Translations under genes and position numbers: made by a program | Notes under the pieces: generated by a model | Told to the model about the DNA's origin: nothing | The model's database searches: none | What the model saw: only the letters and a program-made list of their open reading frames with translations | Assembly (NCBI RefSeq): GCF_018350175.1 | Contig: NC_058369.1 | Coordinates: forward strand, 28,460,001-28,524,000 | Length of the DNA stretch: 64,000 nt | Source: Felis catus | Taxonomy: Eukaryota | Direction: 5' to 3' | Shown here: piece by piece, positions 13,193 to 25,474 of the stretch | Numbering within the stretch: the first letter of the stretch is position 1 | Layout of the letters: each line of letters begins with the position of its first letter

Positions 13193-13539
13193 AATAAACA
13201 TTAAAAAAAGATTTAAAAAAAGATTTTCAAAGTTACATGCAAAACATTTTGCAAAGGTTCTCCTTTGGTTCTTTTAATTTCTTCTTTAATCATGGTTCTT
13301 TTCCCCATTTTCACTTCTAATTTTGTGTTTTTGTGCTCCTCATCTTTTTCTTGATTAGGCTAGTAGGTGAATTATTTCATTGCTTAGCATAGTTTTCAAA
13401 GAAACAGCACTTGGGTTATTCATGATGCTGGGTTTTAGATTAGAAAATTTCATTTTTAACTTTGTATTATTTGGTTCTTTATGCATTCCTTCTATTTATT
13501 TTGCTATTCTTTCCTTAAGTTTGATGTTTAATTCCTTTA
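12290..13539 (-). mobile_element. Old L1 (L1ME-like) fragments with nested insertions
   Basis: T-rich antisense ORF2-like sequence ('ttatagttttctattttgtgctgtctttgccag', 'tttcaaagaaacagcacttggg') interrupted by an L1 3'-end piece and a SINE. Confidence 0.55.
12993..13219 (+). mobile_element. Can-SINE (SINEC)
   Basis: Canonical head, (CT)n, tail; TSD aagatttttaaagttacat / aagattttcaaagttacat. Confidence 0.95.
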
Positions 13540-13840
13540 TGTTATGGATTGACTATGTCCTCCCAAAATTTGTATGTTGAAACCTAATCCCCAATGTGAT
13601 GATGTTTGGAGGTGAGCACTTTGCAAAGGAATTAGGTCATGAGGGCTCTGCTAAATAACAACAACAAAAAAAGGACATTCCTGGATTAGAGTCCTTATAA
13701 AAGAGACCTTGGAGAGCTCTCTCACCCTTTCTCCATGTGAGAACACAGCAAGAAGACAACCTCTATGAGCCAAGAAGCAAGACCTCCCCAGATGCTGAAG
13801 CTACTAGAGCCTTGATCTTGGACTTCCCAGCCTTGAGAAC
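13540..13840 (+). mobile_element. MaLR LTR (MLT1A-like), 3' truncated
   Basis: tgttatggattga start, 'cccaaaatttgtatgttgaaacctaatcccc', 'ccttataaaagag', 'ccttgatcttggacttcccagcc'. Confidence 0.85.
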
Positions 13841-14367
13841 CAAAGTATATAACAAACAAAAACAAGAACAAAAAAAACTCAAAAACCCAAACTTATTTAT
13901 ACCACCATACTTTTACTGAAATGAAATAAGAAAAATGACTTGTTTGGAATAAATATGAAATGATTTATGAACATTTCTGCCTTTTTCAAAACCCATCTAA
14001 ATATCATCTCTAATAATAGAACATGTGCAATAATAATCAAATTCAGTTATCTTTGATATTTGGCTAATTTTCAGTCATATAAAAATCATAGCTATACTTT
14101 TGGATTTTGTTTTTAAAAAGCTATATTCTCATGGTAGAAGGATACAAACACTTCTTTAACAGTTTATTAACTACATTTGTAATTTTTAAACATTTAGACA
14201 GATGGGATGTGGCCTCCTTTTATACTCTTGCCTTGGGTCCCACAAACCTCAGGTGTAGGCCTGGATACATAGTAATCATGAGAGTTAATCCCAGCTGTCT
14301 TGAATTACATCCTAGTAAATTCTAGTTTATGTCCATTGACTCTACTCTAGACCAGTTGATCATTTCT

Positions 14368-14570
14368 TTTTTTTTTTTTAAGTTTATTTATTTTGAGAGA
14401 GAGTGCACAAGTGGTGTAGGGGCAGAGAAAGTGGGTGAGAGAATCCCAAGAAGGTTCCATGCTGGTAGCGCAGAGCCAGATACGGGGCTCAATCCCATGA
14501 ACCATGTGATCATGACCAGAGCCAAAGTCAAGGGTAGGATGCTTAACCAACTGAGCCACCCAGGTGCCCA
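14368..14570 (-). mobile_element. Can-SINE (SINEC)
   Basis: Poly-T, reverse head 'ctgagccacccaggtgccc'; TSD ccagttgatcatttct / ccaattgatcatttct. Confidence 0.93.
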
Positions 14571-14572
14571 GG

Positions 14573-15190
14573 CCAATTGATCATTTCTGATAGACTATTG
14601 CAATAAGAGCCTTTTTATTGTTCTCCCACATCTATTCTTGTCCCCCAACCCAACCTATTTTCCAAATAACAGAGTCATATTTTAAAACTATAAATTGGAA
14701 ACTATCACTTCTGCCCTTAAGACCCTTCAATCTTTCCATTGCATTCAGGATGAAAGAGCATATGATGCCATCTAAAATCCTGCACATCCCTACAACCCAG
14801 CTTTATCTCGTGCATTCTCTTCCTTATCCAGGGCAATATAGTCATGCTGGCCTTATACCTCTCATGTTTTGAGGTATTTCTTGCCTCAGGACCTTTGCAT
14901 ATGTCATCCCTCTGGCTGCAATGTTTCTCCTTGCCCCACTTCCTTTGGAGAGCTGACTTTTTTCCATCATCTTCTCCGCCTGATCTAACGTTATGTGACC
15001 CTTGTGATTTTCTGTCACTGTATCCTGTTCTTTTCCTTTAGAGCCTTAGGGGGAAACCCCCACCCCCACCCCCTGTAATTATACATGTTTATCTGTTCAC
15101 TTGTATCTTTGCTATCCTGCAAGTTCTCTGAGAGCAGGGATAGTTTCCATTATGTATATCATGTCCAGTTGCTACCATAATGCCCGGAAG
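14573..15190 (+). mobile_element. L2 LINE 3' region
   Basis: 'gcctcaggacctttgcatatg', 'ctgagagcagggatag' L2 3' motifs. Confidence 0.65.
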
Positions 15191-17149
15191 TAATTACCTG
15201 TCTTAGGCTTCGAGGCTGCCAGTCCTACACCAAAGTGTCTGAGAAGCTCTAGAATGGAAGATGGAGATACCCAATGTAGCTTAGGCAAGGGGCTCGTGTC
15301 ACAGCTACCTTAGGCTGGTTTCTACAATAATGGCCCAAAGAAACAGGGAGACAAGAGGATATGAAGTGGGCCACAGAAGTGTTCACACTCATTAGTTTCC
15401 TAACCTTTAGAGAATTTGTCCTGTGCCTGTATAGATGCCCCACCAGGAATTTTCACAGTCCTCCAGGTGTCATTTCCCCCATTCCTCTTATGTATCTTGG
15501 ACTAACTGCCTAGTAGGCATTTCCAGTTAGGCAGGCCATGTGGCCTTACATGAGGCCTTACACAGATCAAGATTGGGTAAGAGAAAAATGATACTTAACT
15601 TATCAATCTCATGGCAGTATCAAGTTATCTGTAGTTTTCTTAGTCGCTGGCATTGATGGTATCATTTCATTCTTTGGTAATGATTATATGTGGAATACGT
15701 CATTGAAAAATTCAAGTACTGTCTTTAATGACAGCAAAAGTGAACTCCATCAGGCTCTATATGCTGATGATGATCATGTGTGCATATATCAAAGCAGTTC
15801 CTGAACACCATTTTTAATGGCAAACAGTGATTGCTTCTCTCAAAGAACTGGACAAAAATGGTAAGTTCCCACTTTGAAACAAATCTGTAAGATAACACAT
15901 TTCCTTCAATTCACACAACGTTGTCCATTAGGGTTAGAAGTATAGAGTATTCAACCTTCCTGTCTAACAGAACCCAGGAAGGACTCAAATACACAGTTCA
16001 TTATTGTCATTATGAAAGAAGTTCTGCCAACAAATTATAGTCAGGTTACTATCATTCAATCATGTCGCTAATAGGAATAATTTCATGGTAATTGGCATAT
16101 TCTAGACAAGAGAAGAACACGAATGGCTGCCAGAATCATTAATGATTTGTGCTGACTTTCATGGTAAAAATGACAATATATTAGTTTACCAGATGCTGGA
16201 TCAAGCCATGGGCCATTAACAGGAGGGTGTTCTCGGAATGTTTTCAGAACAAATACCAGCTGGTTTATTTTCGCTTGCAGACATAATCGCATGCCTCCCA
16301 TATCAGATCTACCACAATGCTGTCAGATACATCATAAATTAAAGACTCCATGGGCTCATTATCGACTCTTATTTTTAAAAGCCACACATTGTCCTGCAGA
16401 GACCCAAAATATTAAATGAGCATTTAAAGGAAACTCCAAAATGCACTGCCTTCAAAAAATAAAATCACCCCCCTTAAAACTATTTGCAGTGCTCAAGTAC
16501 TCAAAACGCCCTTCATTGTCAATTTCACCTTAACGTTTGTAAAAACAACAACAAACAAATTCCTGTCTTGTCAGGAGGGTTCTCAGGCCAAGTCTCTTAG
16601 AAACAGGGTGTCAGTTTATTAGCAAACGTAATATGCTGCATTCAGAAGAATAGAGACACCAGCAGCAAATAAACAGGTTAAAAAAAATAAAAAATAAAAA
16701 ACCTCCCTCCAGGAGACTTAATGTACACCACATTAGTAACCAGGACGACCCATATTTCTCAGCAATCTGCTGCTCAAATACATTCATATGAGAAAAAGCT
16801 TCCATTTTTCCTGAATCTTCAGAACAAATGTAAGGCTTTTTTAATTCCTTTCTGCCTTGCCTCCTACAAAGCTCCTCTCCCAACACCCAGCTTTCCGATT
16901 TGAAGACAGAGGGGTGTTTGCAAATCACAACCAAAATAAATAATTAAATAATGGGACAGTTCCTGTTTTCAACTGTTGACCACATCACAGTTGCCGCTTC
17001 TCATGCTCAGATTATCCCACCTGGAAAGTGTAAGAAAACAAATCTCGTACTGAACCCTCATTGGGCAGAGCAGTGAGTTTCAAGAATCAAAACTTTGGTG
17101 GGTGGGATCACTCTTAACCTGAACGGGGTGGTGGGGGGGCCCATGTTCA

Positions 17150-17470
17150 AGCAAGCAGGCCCGGTTTGTGCACCTCACACTGTTGCCACCGGTTCTGTGC
17201 GCAACACGACTCCTTGTAATTATCGCCTATATGTACAGTAATTGTTAATTCGCGCATTTGTAGCCAGCCGCCCGCCAAAAACAGGGTGGCATTCTTACAT
17301 CGTGATTAGGGGTTTTGTGAGCACTTTGAGGTGGGGGACACTTTCTCACTGAAGACTCTTCCGCCCCATTCACGCTCATTCAGCTCTTTCTAGGGGAAGT
17401 TAAAAGCTGCAGTGATAATCCCTTAAGTATGACTTGGAAGAGTATAAAAGGTGCAGTGTATAAGCAATTG
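17150..17470 (+). promoter_or_regulatory. Candidate promoter/enhancer block
   Basis: Repeat-free and CpG-retaining; GC boxes CCGCCC at 17268 and 17361, E2F-like CCCGCCAAAA at 17271-17280, TATAAAAG at 17443-17450. Confidence 0.35.
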
Positions 17471-18329
17471 GAAGAGGAAGCCTTTTATGTAGAGAGTCAC
17501 TGAATGGGTGGCTGGGGACAGTGTGAGTGGGGAAAGAGAGGGGCAGACTTTCCTTTCTAAGGTAGCGGGAGAAGCGGGAATGTCATGGCAGCTCAGTTCC
17601 CTTTAATCATTCGATTACTGCCTTGTCCCTGCCCCTGTTTCACCTTGTCTCTCTGTGCCAAAGAGCTCCTCACTGCCATTTTGCTTTCAAAGGGGGAGGC
17701 AGGAGCAATGCGATTTTTGGTAGGGACCCAGTTTCTCGCTGAATGCCAACTCGGCCAGCTGGCACCGAACAGGCCAAGCCTTCTTCAGATGAGGTTAGCA
17801 AAACCCAAATTAGCATGCTCCATTTTAAAAACTTGCTTTTATTTAAAGACTAATTCATGACAAACAGTGGCTCCCCCACTGAGGTCTGGCGCCCCAGGGG
17901 CTGGCACCCAACCAAACACATGCAACTAATTGCCACCCTCGGATGACACCCAACAAGCTCCATTTTGAGGCAGTAGATTCACTAAGAATGTAACCCCGGA
18001 AGGCAGCGGACGCAGAAAAGCTCCTTTCATAACCCTGTCCTAGGCTAACCATGGCAGCGAAGCGCCTGAAAAACACTTTTGTTTCCCTGTACCGACGATT
18101 TATCTCCACGAATGGCTGCAAACATGGCTAACTTGGAGGAAGGTGGCCAAGGGCACTGTGTTTCTCCTCAAGGCTACTGGAGGCGGGCAGAGCCCTTCTC
18201 TGCTCAAGGAAACAGGACAAGTTGCCCATTTTCTCAAAGCTCTGCATCTCACCCCCACCTCTCCATACCCAGGACTTCCTCTCATATTTGGGTTTAGAGG
18301 CTCAGGCCTCCTTTCTATAAGCAACGGCT

Positions 18330-18515
18330 CTGGAGCCAAGACTCCCAGCCTCAAATCCCAGCCCCATAATTTACTAGCAATTGGCAAGTAATTTAACCCA
18401 TCCCTGTTTCAGTTTCCCCATACTTACACTGGGATAGTATTAATACCTACCTTGTAGGGGTATTATGAGTATGAATGAGTTAATGGGATGATGTACATAG
18501 GGCGATGCCTGGCAT
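18330..18515 (+). mobile_element. MIR SINE
   Basis: 'tcaaatcccagcccc...ggcaagtaatttaacc...tcagtttcccca...aatacctacct'. Confidence 0.8.
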
Positions 18516-18639
18516 ATCGTCTCTCCTTCCTGAAAGAAGCCCTTTGAGTCTGAGATAACGCAACCTTATGAAGGGGAATTTCCCTTTGCATGCTCTGCAT
18601 TTCAAAGTGCACATCTCCTCATAAACTTCCCTAGGTGTC

Positions 18640-18950
18640 TATCTCTGAGCCTTTGCTCACAAGGCCTGCCTCTTAACTGTCCTTCCCCTGCTGCCCGGTT
18701 CTTCATGACCAAACCCCATCTATCCTCCAAAGCCCCTTTCAATGCCACCTCCCTCCACCAAGAATCTTCCCTGCCACTCCAGATGCAGCGAATCCTTTCA
18801 CTCGTGGCTTGCCCGTGTCATCCCTGCAAATCACAGTACTTCATGTGCCTGTGAGATTGCCTCTTCTAGACTGACAGCTCCTTCTGAGCATCATCTGTGA
18901 GTGGCCGGCACATAATAGACACTCAATGAATATGTGTTGAATAAGTAGAT
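18640..18950 (+). mobile_element. L2 3' end
   Basis: 'gagcctttgctcac', 'ggcacataatagacactcaatgaatatgtgttgaat'. Confidence 0.65.
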
Positions 18951-19146
18951 GGAGGAGTGAAAAGAAATCGCGCCACATAGCTGAGTAGCTTTGTACCATG
19001 GTCACACTGGACACTGCTTAATGAGAAGGACAGGAGAATAATTTCTGCAGGAGTTTCATACATGCTTTGGCCCAAATTAAGAGTTCTAAATAACTAACTT
19101 GACCTACGCATACAAATCAAGCCCACCAAGGAGATTTGTCAATACT

Positions 19147-19520
19147 TGTATTAGTCTCCTAGGGCAGCCATAACAAAATACCACAGACTAAATGGCTTAA
19201 ACAACAGAAATGTATTTCTCAATAGTTCTGGAAGCTGAAAGTTCAAGATCAGATGTCAGCAGATCTGGTTTCTCTTGAGGCCTCTCTCCTGGCATTGCAG
19301 AAGGCTGCCTTCCTGCTGTGCACAAGGTCTTTTCTCTGTGAGCACGGCTCCCTGGTGTCTTTACTTCTTTTTATAAGGACACCAATCTCACTGGATTAGG
19401 GCCCCACCCTTAGGACATCATTTAACCTTAATTAGCTCTTGAAAGGCCCTATCTCCAAATGTAACACAATCCTATGTTGAAACATAGGAATTCTGGAGGG
19501 ACAAAATCCAGCCCATCACA
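19147..19520 (-). mobile_element. MaLR solo LTR (MLT1A-like)
   Basis: tgtattagt...aca termini; 'ccataacaaaataccacagact', 'ttataaggacacc', 'ggattagggccccaccctta'. Confidence 0.9.
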
Positions 19521-21449
19521 ATAACATATACAAATACTCAAAACATGAATATTCTGAAAGTTACTTAAATCCACAGAAGAAAGGTGGAGGCAGGGGGATG
19601 GGGGGGAGAGGGGAGAGGCATACATAATCTTTTGCTCCTTGAGGAAAGTCCTTGCATTCAGTCCCTGGTTATATTAGCAAAAATTCAGTCAGTGAAAGCA
19701 AATCTGGCACTCAAATATAAAACTATTTTATTTCAATGAAAATTCTCTGCAGAATTTGTGGGATTCATTTGGGGGCCTCAGCTACTCCTCCCTTAGAGAT
19801 AGAAGAATGTCAGCACCCCGTCAGGAGCCACAGTAACATTGGCTCCTGTTAAAGCCACACCCTCTCCCAAGAAAACGTGGAGATCTCCCAGTAACTCTCT
19901 GTGCACTTTTTAGGATGGGGCTCTCTTCAGTCCTTCTAGGACACAGTTGATCTGAATCCTATCTATTTGCATACACACCTGGAGCTGCATGTAGCCCTAG
20001 AAAATCTCACCCAGGTTCATATGCAAGCATTCCCTTCTTAGCCATTTTCTAATTGATTGCTGCCACTCCCACACTGCCTGTACCAGACAGTTTGACTCTC
20101 TCACACTGTATCAATTCGCTAATTCCCAACTGGGCAGGTCCCTCACAACAATCCATCAGCTAATGGCGCCCATGGTATTTGTAACCCTCTCTTAAGACAC
20201 TTTAACATTTTTAACCTGGGAGGTATATGAGCCACTCCTGCCATATTTTTGAACTAGTTAAGGTTAGGATGGTGTTGGATCCAGTAGTTTCATCATGATG
20301 TAGCACACAGCAGAGTCATGGTAATGGTAAGAGTTTCCTAGAGTTCACATAGACTTTACTAGGAGCATAAGAGCAGCACTAAGCATCAGAAGCAACACAT
20401 CACAAAGTCACCTGGCTCCATTAGGGGAGAAGCCAACACCTTAGTGAGATCACTTATCTCCCTCAATTTTTAATCCAGAGCTTCTAGCCAGTTGACCCAG
20501 AAACACCCCACACCTCCACCATGACTGACCAATTTGTCTGAAATAATAAAGAGGAAAATGAGAAGCTATTAGCTCCACTTCCATTCTCCAGTCAATCATC
20601 ATTCTGAATTATTAATCAGTTGACATACTGCCAAGAAATTTTCAGGCCTCTCTCCAAAAGTATAAAGTAGTCGTTTTCAAGTGAACGATTAACCATTTTA
20701 TTTCTCTAGAAGTCACAGACTATATAGAAAAGTTGATTCTGATGGCAGTTTTTTTGCCTTTTGGATGTTGGAGGAGGTAAGAGAGGTCTACGCGAAACCT
20801 ACATATATCTTCCTTTCCATCACTCATTCGTTAAAGACTGGGAGTTATAGAATCCAAAGTTTTAAAAAGATGTTCTAAAATATTTCCTGGCCACTTAAGT
20901 ATTTGTAACTCTGTTCCTAATAGCATGACATTCCTGACTAATCATGGCTGGCAAGGACAAAGTGATCAATTGTCATCATCCTTCCTTCCCCATGATTGAT
21001 TTAGTAAAGTATGGCTATAACTCATACTCTCATGGAACATACATTCTAGGAGAGGAAACAGTCAAAAAGTAAGGTAACCCAACAAATACATAAAACAGCT
21101 GTGATAAGTTTTACAAAAGAACCCCAAGAGGAGAGAGAGTCAAGAAAAGGGGAACTTGTGTCTTAAGTAAGATGCTAGTAGCAGGAATCACCATGAATCA
21201 GAAAAATCCTGAAACTGGGGACTTCATAGGCCATCAAACCCAAAGTATGCAAATAGACCATTCAAACAAGACATCCTTAGGTGCTAGTTATCAACTGATC
21301 CCAGAAACTTCAAATTTCCGTGGCATCTTCTTTTCTTTGCTTTTTACTCATGTGTTGGTTCACTACCAATACCACAATTCCTTAGGGGGTAATTTTCTGA
21401 CCAAGCGGTATAGTGTGCAACGTGCCTGGTCAATCTCATCTGAGGCTCA

Positions 21450-22140
21450 TTAACAGCTTCCATCTTATGTAAGTGATGTACTTTTAAAGGTAGTGTGACA
21501 GGTTGCTACAAATATTTTTTTTTCTTTATTATTTTTGGCTTTCTTTTTTTAGAGGGAAGGTGAGCAATAAAACTGAGTTTCAACCATATCTTTAGAAGTT
21601 TGCTAAGGCATAGTTGGACAGCTTTATAAACAAGAATGGAGCCCAGAACAATCAAATATCCTTTAATTTTGAAGTAGATACTGTGGGGTATGTTACATGG
21701 CCTTCCCAGGCCCTAGGCATGTTTTCTTTGGGAGACGCAACCCCATCTTGTATCAATTGTTACCCTAAACAGTTGTTAGATGCAAAATCTTTGAAAATAT
21801 TGTTGTACTTTCGCATTTGACATTATTTGGTTACATACAATTTAGTGTATTTGATTTTAAAATTAGCTATAATTTCTCAGCAATCATGCATTTTCAGAAA
21901 TTCTTAAGCAAGCAAAGCTTACTCACAAAATGTCTCTAAATGTAAACTTTTTATAATTACTAAATTAATAACAAAAGCATAAGGTTTCATTTTGTTGCCA
22001 TTTCATTAAATATGTAATGGTTCTGATGTTGCAATTCCTCCATACATTGAAACAAAAATAATTTTTCTTTCTCTTTTAGTTCTCAATATTTTCCTAAGCC
22101 CTTGACAAAACTCATTGGCCCTAGTCATTAGGGCCAAGTA
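21450..22140. mobile_element. Possible hAT-Tip100-class DNA transposon relic
   Basis: AT-rich body ending in 'ttcctaagcccttgacaaaactcattggccctag'; recalled similarity only. Confidence 0.3.
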
Positions 22141-22404
22141 TCTAAAGAAGCAATAAAATGTGTGTATATTCCTGGGTCTGATATAGCACTAGATAGTGTG
22201 TGGGTCCTCCCAAATAAAACCAATGCTATTAAAACCATGCATAATCCCAGTTAGCCCAAACGAATATATCAAAACCTTTAAGGTTAAAAAAAAAACTTTT
22301 TTTAAAGGCCCTGCCCTGATTTTACTGTGATTTGTGCACTTTCACCTGACATCCACTCAATATCATTTATAAAAATCATCTTGCTTCTCTAGCAAATTCC
22401 CAAA

Positions 22405-22770
22405 TAAGAATCACTTAGAACTCCCATTAAAAATGGAGATCCCGGGGCGCCTGGGTGGCTCGGTTAGTTAAGCGTCTGACTTCGGCCCAGGTCATGATCT
22501 CGCGGTCTGGGAGTTCGAGCCCCGCGTCGGGCTCTGTGCTGACAGCTCAGAGCCTGGAGCCTGTTTCAGATTCTGTGTCTCCCTCTCTCTCTCTGCCCCT
22601 CCCCTGTTCATGCTCTGTCTCTCTCTGTCTCAAAAATAAATAAACGTTAAAAAAAAAAAAAAAATGGAGATCCCTACGCCCTGTCTCCAAAGAATCTCTT
22701 TAATAGATCTAAGTGGAGTCCAGAAATCAGTTTTTAACTTTCTAAAACCCTAAGGGTATTTAAAGCCTGT
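22405..22770. mobile_element. MER5-like hAT-Charlie element interrupted by a SINE
   Basis: 'agaatcacttag...aaaaatggagatccc...gtggagtccagaaatc...tttttaac'. Confidence 0.55.
22444..22659 (+). mobile_element. Can-SINE, relatively young
   Basis: CpG-rich body; perfect TSD aaaaatggagatccc. Confidence 0.96.
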
Positions 22771-22859
22771 AGGAAACATTGGTTGATGGCAGCGAGGTTG
22801 ATATCTAGGGGCTGAGTTAGTCTTGGCTTTAAATACTGGACAACTTGAGAAAATTTAGG

Positions 22860-22995
22860 CCAATCCCTCTCAACCTTGGCTCATGTTAGAATCACCTGGA
22901 GAGCTTTTAGAACCATTACCCCCCAAAGATTCTGATTGATTTGATCTGGGGTAGAGCTTGGGCACTGGTTTTGGTTTTTGTTTTTTTAAGCTACC
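22860..22995. mobile_element. MER5A-like hAT-Charlie element
   Basis: 'ttagaatcacctggagagctttt...agattctgatt...tctggggtagagcttgggca'. Confidence 0.7.
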
Positions 22996-23962
22996 ATATA
23001 AACAAATCAAGTAACACTGAGAGCCTAAGGTGTTTATTTGCTCTCAGAAAGGATTAACCCACCCACTGAGGTGATGATAAAGCCCAAACCTCCTACAATG
23101 AAAACACCACAGCAGAGAATCAGCAAACCTAAAACCCAACCCCAGTCTCAACCCCAGCTTGTTTTAGCCCCAACATACCCAAGTCAGCCTTACAGTTACT
23201 GCACAAAGAAACTGAGCCCTTCCCTTTGGTTTTCATCTGCTGGCAGAATGATTTAGTAGCTCTGCCTTAAAAGCAACTCCATTATAATTACAGTGTTGGA
23301 ATTATAAACAAAAGCAAGAAAGATGCAGAAGGAATAGTCCTTTAATCAAAACCGTAAAACGGAACAATCTCTGGATGCAGTTAAAAGCAAACTCTGAAAT
23401 ATTAAGAGTAAGCTCTCCAGTCCTTTGATTCTTGCCTCTTTCCCATAAGAGCAACACTACACATTTTTTCAATTAAGCAGTTTGACAACATGAAGGAACC
23501 CACAGCACATGATTTAATGAGCACATACTGTATGCATGGTAATCGGCAGGCTGACAGTTTGCTCATTTCCAACTGACGGGAGAGCACTACACATTAGTAG
23601 GAAGATTTTTGGGTCTCTTTTCATTAAACAAGCTTTACAGTTGAGGAACATTCCAACTGTATTGGCAAAGCTGTCACTGGTGGTCCCCTGGTGACTTTAC
23701 TCTTTGTCACTCTCCAAGTCCTCAAGTCTTGACAAAAGAATTACTTTTTAAAACCAAAGCATAAACATAAAATATAGATAATAAAAGGTTCTATGATGTT
23801 GTCAGAGCATTCTATATGTGTATGTGGAGCATTCTGAGTCGTGACTCCATTTGTGGTTTAACATTATACAAATTCTAGCTGGTTCTTCACAATGATCACT
23901 TTATAAACTGGAATGCTTCTTGGAAAGAATCTCTCAACTCTTAAATTAATCAATATTTCAGA

Positions 23963-24180
23963 AGCAGCATAGTGTACTGGAAAAAAAAAAAAGCATGGGC
24001 TTTGGTGAGAGAGAAATAGGGGTTCAAATTCTAACTAAAATCCTTATGCGTGACCTTGGTCAAGTGACATCACTTCTCCAGGGCTCAGTTTCCTATTTAT
24101 GAAGTCATGACAACAGCATGCAGTTTGTATGGAGAAAATTGTAAAATGCCTCTCACGGTTGCTGACAACATAAGGTACTA
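23963..24180 (+). mobile_element. MIR SINE
   Basis: 'gcagcatagtgta...ggttcaaattct...gtgaccttggtcaagtgac...ctcagtttcct'. Confidence 0.8.
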
Positions 24181-24434
24181 AAAGAAATAAGAACTAGATG
24201 ACCCACAGAAGTTCAGAGAATGGAGTGTTAACAAAGCGAACTACAGTCTGACGCTCCTGAGATTTCTACCAGGAGCATTTATTGGGGTTCTATAAGGACA
24301 ACAGTAAACTAACGTTTATGCGCCAATATGGGCTCAATTCATCCTACAAGATTCTGAAAGGTAGGCATTATGACCCTATTTTTATACAATCTAAAAAACA
24401 AGAAGGGAATTTGGAGATCATATGAGAAATTTCT

Positions 24435-24638
24435 GGTGGCACCCAAGTGGCTCTGTCAGTTAAACATCAGCTCTTGATTGCGGCTCAGGTCATGATCTCA
24501 TGGTCCCGATGTTGAGCCCCGCATCAGGCTACATGCTGGGTGTGGGCCCTGCTTAGGATTCTCGCTCTCCCTATTACTCTGTCTCTCTCCTCGGCTTGCA
24601 CACGCTCTCACGCTCTCTCTCAAGAAAAAAAGAAAAAG
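24435..24638 (+). mobile_element. Older Can-SINE
   Basis: Diverged head, 'ctcttgattgcggctcaggtcatgatctc', (CT) region, A-tail. Confidence 0.85.
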
Positions 24639-25249
24639 GCGATATGTTTAACTTTTCTGACAATAAGTATAAGAAACTTCCTGGGTTTCCCATTTTACTC
24701 TGCCTGTCAGAAAACTCAGAGTGAATTTTTGTGTTCAGTGTAAATTTGCAATTCTATTAGCAATATTGGCTAGTGGATTTATTTCCTGATTTTGCATGTA
24801 TATTTTATTAATCTTATTTTAACTGGCTATAAGCCACCATAAATGAAGTACAGATTCCTTAGCTAGTTAGTAAGACAGGAATGACCAGGATTCATGTTGC
24901 CTGATTCCAGGTTAGGGACTCTCACACATATTATGGAAATTACATAAATATTCTCACAAGCAAATACAGTGGAAGCCACAACTTGCTCAGGTCCTATATC
25001 ACAAAGAGGAGCAAATGTATTAGCCTTCTATTTAAAGGGACAGAATATGGAAGTTTTAGTGTCCCTATTTCTAAAATGGGGACAATATCTATTTCTTATC
25101 ATTGTTGTGAAGATTGAGAGAGAGCATTTGCAAAAATGTGCAGTGTAGTATTTGACACATAGTAACATTTTAAAGTCTGAAATATTGACCCTTTAAGATA
25201 TAAATGCAGTCTTATTAATCAGAAGTACTAAAATGCACATGTATAACTT

Positions 25250-25474
25250 TTATTATTATTATTTTTTAATGTTTATTCTTAAGAGAGAGAGAGAGAGAGA
25301 GACTGAGTGCGAGCAGGGGAGGGGCAGAGAGAGAAGGAGACACAGAATCCAGAATCAGAAGCAGGCTCCAGGCACTGTGCTGTTAACACAGATCCCAAAA
25401 TGGGGCTTGAACTCACGTGATTATGAGCTGAGCCAAAGTTGGACACTTAACTGACTGAGCAACCCAGGCGCCCC
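25250..25474 (-). mobile_element. Can-SINE (SINEC)
   Basis: (AG)n, reverse head 'cccaggcgcccc'; TSD atgtataact on both sides. Confidence 0.92.

Noticed and set aside
17855..18121. 88-aa minus-strand ORF in the CpG-retaining block
   Set aside because: No recognisable similarity or flanking splice signals; overlapping ORFs on both strands are expected from local GC content
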